Origin: Catajapyx aquilonaris
Lineage: Eukaryota
Assembly: GCA_000934665.2 (NCBI GenBank)
Contig: KZ538778.1
Span: forward strand, 1-48,074
Reading direction: 5' to 3'
Length of the DNA: 48,074 nucleotides
Part shown: in pieces, positions 37,779-48,074 of the stretch
Position numbering within the stretch: the first letter of the stretch is position 1
Layout: every line of letters begins with the position of its first letter
The notes under the pieces: model-generated
Database searches by the model: none
What the model was told of the DNA's origin: nothing
What the model saw: only the letters and a program-made list of their open reading frames with translations
Made by a program: the position numbers and the translations under genes

Positions 37779-37850
37779 GCTTCTGTAGTTTAGTGGCAGA
37801 ACACATGCTCGATACGAGTGTGGACCTGGGTTCGATTCCCGGCAGAGGCA
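37779..37850 (+). ncRNA. tRNA-like sequence (pseudo-tRNA or SINE head)
   Basis: Acceptor stem GCTTCTG/CAGAGGC; A box TAGTTTAGTGG; T arm CTGGG-TTCGATT-CCCGG; non-canonical anticodon arm. Confidence 0.65.
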
Positions 37851-39329
37851 CATGGGTCTTGAGTTGGTTGTGTCACTTATGTTTGAACACTCTAGCTACC
37901 ACGTCACCGCGACCAGCGTATTTTTTTCGAGGACCGGTGGTGGACACTTTTCATGTCTCTCTACAGCCCAGACATCACAGGCCATAATATGTATACACTT
38001 CTGAGAAGTAGGATAGGGAAGCTACGTTCTTCGCGAGACCTGGATCCTGTACTTACTAATAGGTGCTAATGGCACTTTTCCACTCGACACATTGCCCTTG
38101 CTTCATGCTTTCCAGTTAATCTGTCATAGGCACGTATTGCAAAGAAAAAAAAGCAAAAAAAAAAAACTTTCCCGATTGTTGGATGTATTACCTTGTGTTT
38201 GTAAGTGGCATTTAGTGGGGCACACTTGACACTCAAATTGTCTGCCACCAGGTGGAAGAATGAAAACAAACAATACCACTTAAAATGTTTGTGGAAATAA
38301 AGCAGAAAAGTCGAGAAATTGTTGTTCTAAATATCTGCCATCTGTCCCTCAAAAACGTCCTCGTTCGGGGAAATGGGAAAAACGGCTGGTAGCCAGAGTG
38401 TTATGGAAGAAAAATCGGAAGGAGAGGACGTCCACTCCCATCTCTCCCCATTCTCTCTCTCTCTTCCCTAGGATCAGTTGAAAATCCGTGCAGATGTTGT
38501 TTTATGCTTCCTTAATAATGTTAGATCCCTTATCAAATGACAAGAAAACACTTAATTCCTTTTACACAAAATTTCCAGGCCACTTTGAAACATGTACTAC
38601 TAACACCACATTATACATTTTGAAAGAAAGAATAACACAATAATGGTACAGCTCTCCCCCGTCCCCATCACTTTCAGAAGAATGGAAACGGCATGGCCAT
38701 ATAATTATGTTGCCAATTACTGAATGTAATGCTCAGATTGGCCATCAATACTTCTTCATATCTAAGGTAAATAGTGACAGTACACTAATACAACTTACAG
38801 GTGTGCAGACAGCAGACTTGAGCAGCGACCACTGGGGAGCATGCAATATTATTGTGGACTCTTTATCTTTTTGAAAAGTAATGAGAATACCACAGACGAT
38901 TAGCCTCTACATTTCTGGGCCACATTTTCTGATACGGTGTAAAAGGGGAGGAAAGACCAAGAAACAGATGGGACTGGCCCAAAAATTTCATGCATATACA
39001 CAATGACATGGTAACAATGTGATAGAACGTATCGGCAACAACTTGTGCAGGCTTCTAGGACTACAATAATCCTGTGGCCAGTATATGGGGCATCAGATTC
39101 TAGATTGCAGAAGAATATATTGTGGGTGGAAGTTACCTAGCTGTAGCTGGAGGGAGTTGTAAATTGCTGAGGGGATATTACGTAATTACTTGATATACAA
39201 ATGACGACGGCCATCTGATGAGAATGCACTTTTGGCATCTCCCATTTTTCTTTCCATCAATGGGAAATGGGGACCCTAAGTTATCAACTGGCATAAAGTG
39301 ACATTTTCTTCCAGAATGTTATTACTTTA

Positions 39330-39627
39330 TCTCTATCTCTATAAATAAGGAAGTTTGTCAGTTTGGATGTTTGTCCATTATAGAAATCCGGGGGAAGGCC
39401 CCTACACCGCCTTAAATTAGCATATCGGGAGTTACATTTTTCAAGGAATTTAATGCCGCATGTTTCAGCTTCCGAAAATGAACCTAACACCCATAACACG
39501 CATATTCCCAATTAACCAATTATCAATTACCTATTTAACAATATTCATAGATTTCCATGGTAATGCCCTCATTACATTGTAGGCCTACCACCATAACATA
39601 CCCGGGCAACGCCGGGTAACCTGCTAG
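39330..39627 (+). mobile_element. Non-autonomous Helitron-like element
   Basis: 5' A|TC start; 3' hairpin acccgg-gcaacg-ccgggt followed by CTAG|T. Confidence 0.7.
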
Positions 39628-39865
39628 TAAAACATATATGCATATAGAAATACTGCACATCACACCTTAGTATCAATTTACATTTGAGAAGCACAAGCAC
39701 CTGAGTAACATTTCCACTTCACGTGGAATGTTTTTGACGGGGTATTGTTCCATCCATTCACACGGAATCCCTTTGGAGGGTGCGAGGGAAGCGGGAGGTG
39801 GCTGTTGCTCGAAAATGCATTCACACAACAATAGGAGTGCACAGTCTCAGTCCTTGGTAAATATA

Positions 39866-39884
39866 TAATAATAATAATAATAAT

Positions 39885-39971
<87 letters not shown>
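39866..39971. repeat. (AAT)n microsatellite
   Basis: Seen directly. Confidence 0.98.
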
Positions 39972-41373
39972 TTGTACCCCGTGCTAGAGCCATGGGCCCT
40001 CTTAGGGGGGTGGGATACCACAATTTTATTTTATCTGGAACTCTTACTTTCGTTTTTACTTCTCTTATATGGGGATGGGATAGGGACGGGAAGGAAGCGG
40101 CTGTGGCCTATAATTACGGACGCGGCCCCGGAATTTTCCTGGTGAGACCATCAGGGCCGCATTAAGGTTTTTTGCGCCCCAAGCCCGAAGAAGAAATGCG
40201 CCCCCCCCCCCCCACTTGTTTATTTTTAAATTTGAAATGCCAAATTATTTTGCAATTTTATGTCATTAGGTCACTTGCAGGTGAGTAATAATTATACAAT
40301 TGAAGGGGAAGAGACTGCGGAAAAAGTATGCTATAACCGAGGTCTGTTATAGCCGAATCGTCACGCAACGAAAACATAAATTTCTGATTTCAATATGGCT
40401 GTACTATGCACTATACTAGACTACATACGGATTAATGAAATCTGTCACAAATGCAATATTGGCTCACCCGAAAATTATGCAGGACCCAATTATCCGAAAT
40501 TTCCTTCTGCCGTCTCCTTTTTGCAAATTTTATACCTGGAAAACAATAATGTATTTTCCCACTGAGGGTCCAAGAAATGGTCTGTTATACCCGAGGTGAG
40601 GTGAAAATGAGTCTGTTATATCAGGAGTGAAAATACACAGTGCCTAATGGAAGCATGACGGGACAGCCTTTATAACCAAGTATGTTATAGCCGAGGCTGT
40701 TTTATCCGGATTCAACTGCAAATCTGTAATAAGTGCAATGCGTTCACACCAGCGGCAGGGTAACATTTGGCTAATAACAATATGGCGAGGTGGTAAATAA
40801 ATATTGACGTTTCTAGGTGATGGCGCCATGAACAAATGAAGTAATGACAGAAAAAATACGAGGTAAAAAAATCACAGCTCCAATCCTGTAGCAGTGGGAA
40901 CTGTGAGATTTTGAACATAGATCCGCACCATCCCACTGCACCTTCGGCCTTTTGATGAAGGAACCGAATTCCGAATAGTTATTGAGCAAAAAAATTGAGA
41001 CGTATTTTTTGGTGGTTTTAAATTTTTTGCGGCGTTTTGAAGAGGAATTGAGTTTAGCCGTAAATGGTAGGAATGCACTTCACGACGGTGGTCATCTGTG
41101 TTCAAAATTTGGAAGCTCTACCTACAGCAGAACTTGAGTTAGGGCGAATAAAAAAAGCGTAACAACAAGAAGAAGATGTTGAAGAAATTCATTGTTGAAA
41201 TCTATGCTACGGTCTTACTAAGGGGCTATCGCCCCTTAAATTAAGATGAACTGTCGTGAGATGAGGAACATTTTGGTGGCAACGGGTTTAACCTAGATTG
41301 TAAAATTAAAATGCCAAAAAAATCGCATTATATTGTGCAAAATGGACACATTTCATATGGTCCAATGTCATTG

Positions 41374-41778
41374 TTAAACACATGCTAAGCGTGTGGAATT
41401 AATATGCTAGGTACAGTGTCATCTGATCATTACTACTGTAGAGGACAACATCATAGGTCAAGCAGTCTTGGAAATAATAAATCCTGAAATGTCTGTTTTC
41501 CACTAATTTGGTCATCTTTGGGGTAATTTTTCTCAATGTGGAGCTGGGTTTAAGTTACCAGAAGCGTCTTTTCATGCATAGCATAAGAAATGTTCACTTA
41601 CCATAAATGGTTCACTCGCAACATCAAATAACGTGGAGTAGCTTATAGAGGGCTTTTCCGGACATTTCATGATTTATTATGCCCAAGACTGTTTGACCAA
41701 TGATGTTGCTCTACAGTGGTAATGATCAGATGACAATGTATCTACCATATTAATTCCACACGCTTAGCATGTGTTTAA
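41374..41778. mobile_element. MITE with ~120-bp inverted arms, flanked by TTAA
   Basis: 41374-41495 is the near-perfect reverse complement of 41659-41778. Confidence 0.75.
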
Positions 41779-42065
41779 CTTGTTTAACTTGCACTTAAAT
41801 TGTCTTAAATGTTAACACCAAGTAACATTTACAAGTTCAGCATTTAGTGAAAAACCTTTTTTCTATACTTCTTTTCTGCAAACTGAATTAATAACTTGTC
41901 AAGGCACAGTGTTTCAAGTTTCGATTGAAAGCAAAGACAGTGCAGACAATCGTTCCTGCTTCATTGTAGCACGGAGTTCTGATTTCATTAGTTTAAGTTT
42001 TGAGCAAGTTCTTTCACCCTTGCAATTGGTTGCAAAATTGCACAAATACATTCTTAGAATAATGT

Positions 42066-42187
42066 GGGCGCCTTTTCGGCAGGGCGCCTTTTCGGCAGGG
42101 GCGCCTTTTCAGCAGGGGCGCCTTTTCGGCAGGGGCACATTTTCGGAAGGGGCGCCTTTTCGGCAGGGCGCATTTTCTCGGCGCCCC
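42066..42187. repeat. Minisatellite, ~7 copies of a 16-17-nt unit GGGCGCCTTTTCGGCA(G)
   Basis: Tandem copies without spacers. Confidence 0.9.
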
Positions 42188-42604
42188 CTCCGTGATTTTA
42201 GCCCCCCCCCCCTGCCGTTACGCCACTGATAGAATTAGCAAAGCAGTGCATAATAATATATTTTAAATTAATTAATTAATTAATTAATAATTTTTCAATA
42301 TATCTAGTGCAGAGCCCAAAATTTTGCGCCCCTAAAGTCCTTGGTAAATATTGTTTCATTGTTTCAAATCTTGGGGAGAGGATGGATATAAGGGCAAAAT
42401 GTGGGAGAATTTATATGTGGATTTGATATATATGAATTCATCTGCCTAAATTTTATATTGCATTTAAAACTCGTAACTTCTTTTGTGACTGGTTGTAACG
42501 GAATCAGGAAATCACGAAACTTAGGCGAAAGACACAAAGTGCAAGCAAGTATCACTTGCGCTGGACTCTACCGCTTATAGCCAATTTCCACTTGCACAAT
42601 ATGT

Positions 42605-42673
42605 TGCCAAATATTTTTCTAAATTTTCCTCTGTTTGGAACAATCAGAGGAAAATTTAGAAAAATATTTGGCA
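42605..42673. repeat. Perfect 29-bp inverted repeat with an 11-nt loop
   Basis: tgccaaatatttttctaaattttcctctg / cagaggaaaatttagaaaaatatttggca. Confidence 0.95.
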
Positions 42674-43755
42674 TACGCGTCACAGAAACAAGATTCGTAG
42701 TATTCCTTCTGAACAGTTTTGGTCCTTTCATGAGCACAAAAAATACTCCGCAAAAAAACCAAACATGTGTGACCCGAGCAGTAAGGTTCACACACTAAAA
42801 AGATCGTAGGTTCGTTCAGGACAGTACGAACACAAAAAAATATACCAGGGAGGGTGTATAGTATGAGGAAGAGATAGGGGTAGGTTAGGGTGGCAACCAG
42901 CAAGTGGTGCTGACCATCATCCAGGATATTCTCCTAGCTCTTGGCTATACCACTGACTGCCGCACTTACTAAAAATTCTGCAATCAGCGATAAGGTCGAT
43001 AAACCGCCAAACAGTTAGAGGATGCTGCACTAACCTGATCATTTCGAGTCATTCAGCCGACCATGGTGATTTAGGTTCAGATTATTGATTCAATGCTGCT
43101 TCTCCGGCACCCTTAGCAAGACTGAATCCGGCGTGTCCTTATCAGTCCAAGTAAAACGCGTATGTGTGCCAGTAAAGGTTGTCAAATGCACACCAGAGGT
43201 GATAGACACACCGAATCTGAATCATGATAAAAAGGTTGCATATCTCCTATGTCAGTGGTCAAAGGGAATCTAACTATCTTCCGTGCATAATTATGATTTA
43301 CAAGCAATCAAAAAACCAATGTGATAATTGGAACTTGATTTGTTTGAGAGCTGTAGTGGTTTGAGTCATGTTGGCAAGACTGTCCATTGTTGTCAGGTGG
43401 ATTATGTCTTGGTAACAGTAGTTACTATGGTATCAATGTATGTATGTTTGAGAGTGTTTGGAAGGAGAGTAGTGGAGAGGAGTTGGTGTACGTAGTAGTT
43501 ACCCCCTGTCCTAGAATAAAATTGGGATTGGCCAAAATTTTACAAATAGCGTTAAGTAACATCTTAATCAATGCGTCATGAAAGTAGGAACCATTAATGT
43601 GCAAAAGTGCTTTAAAATGCTCCTCCCCTCCCCACCAAATTAACACGATGACACATCTTTAACTAAAACTACTGCACATAATCACCCTATTGATTAGGGC
43701 ATTTACGGCCATGCTGTGGGACCAGAATTTTTGTCCTTTGGATAAGGAAGCTTGC

Positions 43756-43797
43756 TTGGTTGGTTGGTTGGTTGGTTGGTTGGTTGGTTGGTTGGTT
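43756..43797. repeat. (TTGG)n microsatellite
   Basis: Seen directly. Confidence 0.97.
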
Positions 43798-44151
43798 GAT
43801 TGAGGGAGCCAAAGCTACTCAGGGTATCTGGTGTAGAGGGCAAGAAATATTTTTGGAATGTGGGAGGGAAAGGAAGAACAATAAAAAACTTGCCCCCCAA
43901 GCTGCCACTTTTTGTCACTTGGTAACTTCCTGTAGAATCTTGTCTGCCAAAATTTTCCTAGAGTGGAAAAATATCTGAAAATAACCTGGCGCTTGGTCAG
44001 GAGTGCATGAAAGGTGCACCACTGGAACTGTTCTTGGTCCAGCCATGGGACAGGTGTCTCCAAGTCAATGTTTTCAGAGAGTACCCTTGAATAACCGTGC
44101 AGTCCATGAAGCTACTTCCTCATTGCTTGAATTTGCCATCACCCTCTATCC

Positions 44152-45359
44152 CGGTGGTTTCCAACCGGTTGGGTCGCGAGCCTTGGGTCATCTTTTGCTT
44201 GTTTTTGCAATTTATGCGCAATAATGAATAATTAATAATTAAAAATGAGTGAACACTGCGTACGAGTTTTATGTTTGAGCCACGGTTTGAGCCCATAGTC
44301 CGTCGAGAGAAATCTAGCAACGTTCAACCTCACGCTGTTCTCTATCCGCGGAAGCCCCGCTATACCGAGCTCGGTACGGAGCCAATCTAGCTGCACTTGC
44401 ATTTTTGGAGGAAAGAAGCTATCCAGGAGAAGCAAATGCAATTATTAAAAATTACTTTGTGTTAGCTGGTAAATTTTGCGGATATGTTCGATGAGCTGAA
44501 TGTGCTCAACACGTCAAATCAAGGAAAAAATTTTATCCCATGAAAAAATAAGTGCATTTTTATTAAAACTCGAACTGTGGCTGGCAGAAAAAAAGTGGAG
44601 CAATCTTCATTTGAAATGTTTCATCGTCTGAAAGAGTAATATAGCGAGGACAGTGACGCAAAATTCAAAAGTGAGTCACCTCCATACATTCGCAAATACT
44701 AAAGGAGGGTCTCGAGAAATATTTCGGACATAGCAGAGGTCGAGTAGGTTCGAAATCTCTTCAGAAAGTTTTCAAGGAAAAAAACTGTCTACTTATGAAA
44801 GACAGTACTCATTGATTTGCACTGATATCGCACATTGAAAGATTTTCAAGATGGAGAATTGACGAAGTTCTGGCTGGATGTGCAGGAATTAATAAGGGGG
44901 CGCAGAAATAAAAAATATAACGCATTTCGCAGGGAACTTTCGTAGGGAATTTCTTCTCGAAATGTTAATCTCGAAAAACGCGCGCAAAGATTTGGCCTTT
45001 AAAATTGTACTATCCTCGACATGATTGCATTAAAATTGTGGACACAAGGCCTCAGAAATGTGTACGATTATCTCGCGATTCCTTCCGCCATGTTAATCAA
45101 ATTGACATTTCCGAAACGCCGTTTTCCGTTCACTTCAACCTGCCGTGAAGGTAATTTGTTGGCCGAAAATGGAAAAAAAGACAAACAAGACGCCAAATCA
45201 TCAAGTTTTGTGTCATGCAATTTCTGTGTCAATCGATCCATTTTTACGGCCGTATTACAGAGTGTATGTTTTCTGGAAGGTGNNNNNNNGGGGGGGGGGT
45301 TGCACATTTATGGAAACATGTTTAGGGGGTCGCCGTTGGTAAAGGGTTGGAAACCACAG
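44152..45359 (+). mobile_element. Decayed hAT (Buster/Charlie-type) transposon
   Basis: TIRs cggtggtttccaacc / ggttggaaaccacag; 8-bp TSD ctctatcc / ctccatcc (7/8); broken peptides FADMFDELNVLNTSNQGK, HEKISAFLLKLELWL, LTKFWLDV. Confidence 0.8.
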
Positions 45360-46455
45360 CTCCATCCTGTATTCTTGTCATTGATATAACAGAAGTGGCT
45401 ACTGGCTGGACCCAAAAAATTGCGAGTGAGAAAAACCATTAACTTTTTATGGGCGCTTCTGTCGTTTTGATGTTGAACAGTAGATAAGGCTTGTCCGTAT
45501 TTTAAATATATATTTCCCGAACTTAAGGTAGTTCTTGCGCTAAGTCCATTCATTGACAATTTCGTGAAAATCACACCATCCATTCCTGGGCATGTCGCAC
45601 ATGCGCCTGTGAAGTTTCAAGAGGTTCGTCTATCTCGTTTGCGAGATATTAATTTTCAAAGTTGAGCTTTGGCGGCCCCTTATGCATGGAGCCTTATGGG
45701 AGCCGGTCTGCGGGCCTCGAGAAAAGTGTCCCTAGCTTCTTTAATAACATTCAGATGTTAACAAAAAACCACATTCATGTGGGGGAAAGTCGGGAGATTA
45801 ATTTAGTGGCGATTTTCATAGGGGTCACCTTGGTCCTTCCCCCGCAAATCGTCACTTTGTGAGGATCGGACTCTACAGTTGGCGTCGAAGTGGCAACGCT
45901 GTAAGCAACAATGGGCATGGCGGCCTTCGCTCGGGATTTGAAAATCCCGAGCCGCCTAGGTTTCAGAATGGCATGTAACTGACAAGGGAAGTGCAAGTGT
46001 TGTCCGTGGAGTTTCTGAATGAAACGCCGGTCCGGTACTGTATGATTGTGTATGATTGTGTATGTGAGATTGGTCTCTGGTCTCAAGTTATTGATCGACT
46101 AGACAGTTACCTAAGTTACCAGCAAACGAGGCACGTTCGAATGGTGCGGGGGAGATGGGACTATCGATGTATTATCAGGATGGGGGTTGGGCATGCATGT
46201 ATGTATGTGTGTGGTGCCGCGGCGGTTGGCTGCGTGCGCAGGTGTTTCCTCCCCATCCTGATGTTCCTCCCACCGGGAGCTGGTGAGCCCACAGCTAGCA
46301 GGGTGGAAGGGAGTTGTTGGCCGGGCTCGGTGGGAGCCGGTCAGTTTGTACGTGGTTGAGAAAATATACTGCTGTCCCCAAATTCTGGGTCTATCTAGTA
46401 GTTAGAACCCCATTTCAGGTGCTAGCCGGGCCAGGCTTTTGATAGAGTCTGATAA

Positions 46456-46470
46456 TGGCGCCTACGTGGG
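46456..46470 (+). other. Primer-binding site, tRNA-Lys-like (TGGCGCCTACGTGGG)
   Basis: Close to the tRNA-Lys(CTT) PBS TGGCGCCCAACGTGGG; lies just upstream of gag. Confidence 0.7.
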
Positions 46471-46544
46471 ATTTTTCCGGGTAATAATTGCCCGGAGATC
46501 CGGAGATTTGGGACGGTAGGTTGCGTCCCATAACTGCTCGCAGA

Positions 46545-47903
46545 ATGGCGGGTGGACATGGGCAGAAGGATGGTGAGGGGCTAACTGAGGCTCAGTTGGC
46601 CGAGATGGAGACACAGTCTGAGAGGGATGGAGTTCATTCCCAGGACGGTGTTGTTGGTACCGGATTGGCCGTGGCTGATCCGGACCAAGAAATGCGGGTA
46701 CTGCTCGGTGTAAATGCCGATGCAGATCCGGCTGCGTTGCTAGCAGCGCTAAAGGCCAAGTTACTGGGGAGTACGGTGACTGGTATAGGCAGTGATGGCG
46801 GCCCTGGGGGTTCTCCCCAGGGTGTGCTAGAGCAGGGCGGGAATGATGGGCAGGCACCTATCAATCCGCCGGGGCAGGGCTCGACGCAAGGTGTCGGGTT
46901 GCCTGCAGGCCAGGTGGCTTCACCTGCAGTAAATGCAGTTGTCACTCCGGTGCAAGTAGCAACCGGGGTGGAAAAAAAGTTGCCGGTGCGCGCAGCACCT
47001 GAACTTTTTTTTGATGGAACAACGGCCAAATCGGCTTTTGTTTTTCTACAGGAAATCGACAGATACTGTCGTGTCCTGAAATGTACTAGGCTGCAGGTAC
47101 TGCAGGATGTACTACCTGGTGCATTGGATGGTCATGCTTTGGCATGGCTGGAATTGCACGGTCCGTTTGAGGATTGGGACACGTTCGTGTTGGCATTCAG
47201 GGCTGAGTTTGAGTGTGTGGGATACACACATAAGCTCCGACAGGAAATGGAGAGGAGGACTCAAGCGAGTGCTGAGCCACTTTCTCATTTTTTGACGGCC
47301 ATGAATGGGTACTTCGAGCAGGTCAAGCCTGAGGCTGATCAGCTGGAGAGGGTGCAGTTCACGATGCGAAGGTTGCATCCAGAGCTGCGAAATTATTTTC
47401 GCGGAAGGACGTTCCAGTCTATCCGTGAATTGGCACAGGCGGCGCCTGCGGCCATGGAGGATTTGGTGATCAATAGATCATGGGTGCCTCCAGTGGATGC
47501 GAGTGCGTCAGTGGCACCGCAATTGGCATGGTCGGACTCCGGTACGAGGAGTGCCCAGGGGGTGGGCATGGCGAGTGCAGTCATGAACACACATGCAGGG
47601 GGCGATCAAATGTACGGTTGCCCGATGTTGGAGTTCAGTAGTCTGGACCCCCATGGATACAGCAGGTACGCACCTGGTGTAAATGCGCCCGGAAACGGAC
47701 GCGGTCAAAGCGACCGGAAGCCGATGCAGGCTGGGTCGCAACAATGGTCACGTGGTCGTGGCCGGGGAGGGTCCGCTCAAGGGCCCAGGAGGTGTTGGTT
47801 ATGTGATTCTGATCAGCACCTGAAGATAGATTGTCCGCAGGTCGGACAAATGCCGTCGGCACGTGGCGGTAAAGGTCGTGGAAAAAACGACAGCGGGCGG
47901 TAG
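46545..47903 (+). CDS. gag: Retrotransposon Gag
   Basis: Long ORF with retrotransposon-gag-like core (FDG...ALAWL...W..F...F..EF...RTQ..AEPL..F) and a CCHC knuckle CWLCDSDQHLKIDC. Confidence 0.9.
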   Translation: MAGGHGQKDGEGLTEAQLAEMETQSERDGVHSQDGVVGTGLAVADPDQEMRVLLGVNADADPAALLAALKAKLLGSTVTGIGSDGGPGGSPQGVLEQGGNDGQAPINPPGQGSTQGVGLPAGQVASPAVNAVVTPVQVATGVEKKLPVRAAPELFFDGTTAKSAFVFLQEIDRYCRVLKCTRLQVLQDVLPGALDGHALAWLELHGPFEDWDTFVLAFRAEFECVGYTHKLRQEMERRTQASAEPLSHFLTAMNGYFEQVKPEADQLERVQFTMRRLHPELRNYFRGRTFQSIRELAQAAPAAMEDLVINRSWVPPVDASASVAPQLAWSDSGTRSAQGVGMASAVMNTHAGGDQMYGCPMLEFSSLDPHGYSRYAPGVNAPGNGRGQSDRKPMQAGSQQWSRGRGRGGSAQGPRRCWLCDSDQHLKIDCPQVGQMPSARGGKGRGKNDSGR

Positions 47904-48074
47904 ATTGCCGGAAAAAAAAGCAGGCTAATTTACCGCCTTTGTACAAAAATCTCCCGGAATCGCCGGACAATGACGAGGGGGAGTGGCGCCCAACTGAACC
48001 ATTGATGAGGATTAGCATCCTCGGAGATGAATTTGATGCGCTATTAGACACAGGGAGCACTGTATCGCTAATAG
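47885..48074 (+). CDS. pol: Start of Pol (aspartic protease) in the -1 frame
   Basis: Open from the slippery site to the window end; ALLDTGSTVSLI with catalytic D at 48047. Confidence 0.88.

Larger units (their letters stand above)
46171..48074 (+). mobile_element. Ty3/gypsy-like LTR retrotransposon, 5' part (truncated by the window end)
   Basis: Candidate LTR 46171-46456 (ATTATCAG...CTGATAAT), PBS, gag, protease; LTR start uncertain. Confidence 0.85.

Noticed and set aside
40075..40150. gggaaggaagcggctgtggcc motif recalling SINE-like repeats of hemimetabolous insects (taxon clue)
   Set aside because: Recognised from memory only and short; not enough to assign a family or organism
42066..42187. 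CRISPR-like repeat array
   Set aside because: Units are short and directly tandem with no unique spacers, the context is eukaryotic, and there are no cas genes
43425..43670. Penelope-like RT relic on the minus strand (IWWGGEEHFKALLHING)
   Set aside because: Similarity is too weak to call without a profile search

Overview
Eukaryotic (arthropod-type) genomic DNA containing one complete muscle myosin II heavy chain gene (Mhc) on the + strand. The CDS runs from ATG 14103 to alternative stops at 36296 or 37126, giving about 1954 or 1976 aa. The gene has six clusters of mutually exclusive exons (MXEs): SH3-adjacent (x2), P-loop/loop 1 (x2), Drosophila-exon-7 equivalent (3 intact plus 1 frameshifted), relay (x2), loop 2 (x2) and converter (x4). 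With two alternative C-termini this gives 384 theoretical full-length isoforms. The S2 hinge exon is single-copy. The strongest unexpected signals are: (1) a 135-codon Pro-rich candidate first exon inside a rod intron (32143-32547) with an upstream CArG box, which would splice in frame into the rod at the position where molluscan catchin/myorod joins; (2) a possible second, MRP-like internal start at 30000; (3) docking-site/selector RNA pairings in the converter cluster. The flanks hold microsatellites, decayed mariner and hAT elements, MITEs, a Helitron-like element, a tRNA-like gene (a second lies in an Mhc intron) and the 5' end of a Ty3/gypsy retrotransposon (PBS, gag, -1 frameshift into protease). 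All exon boundaries were read manually and have no transcript support.
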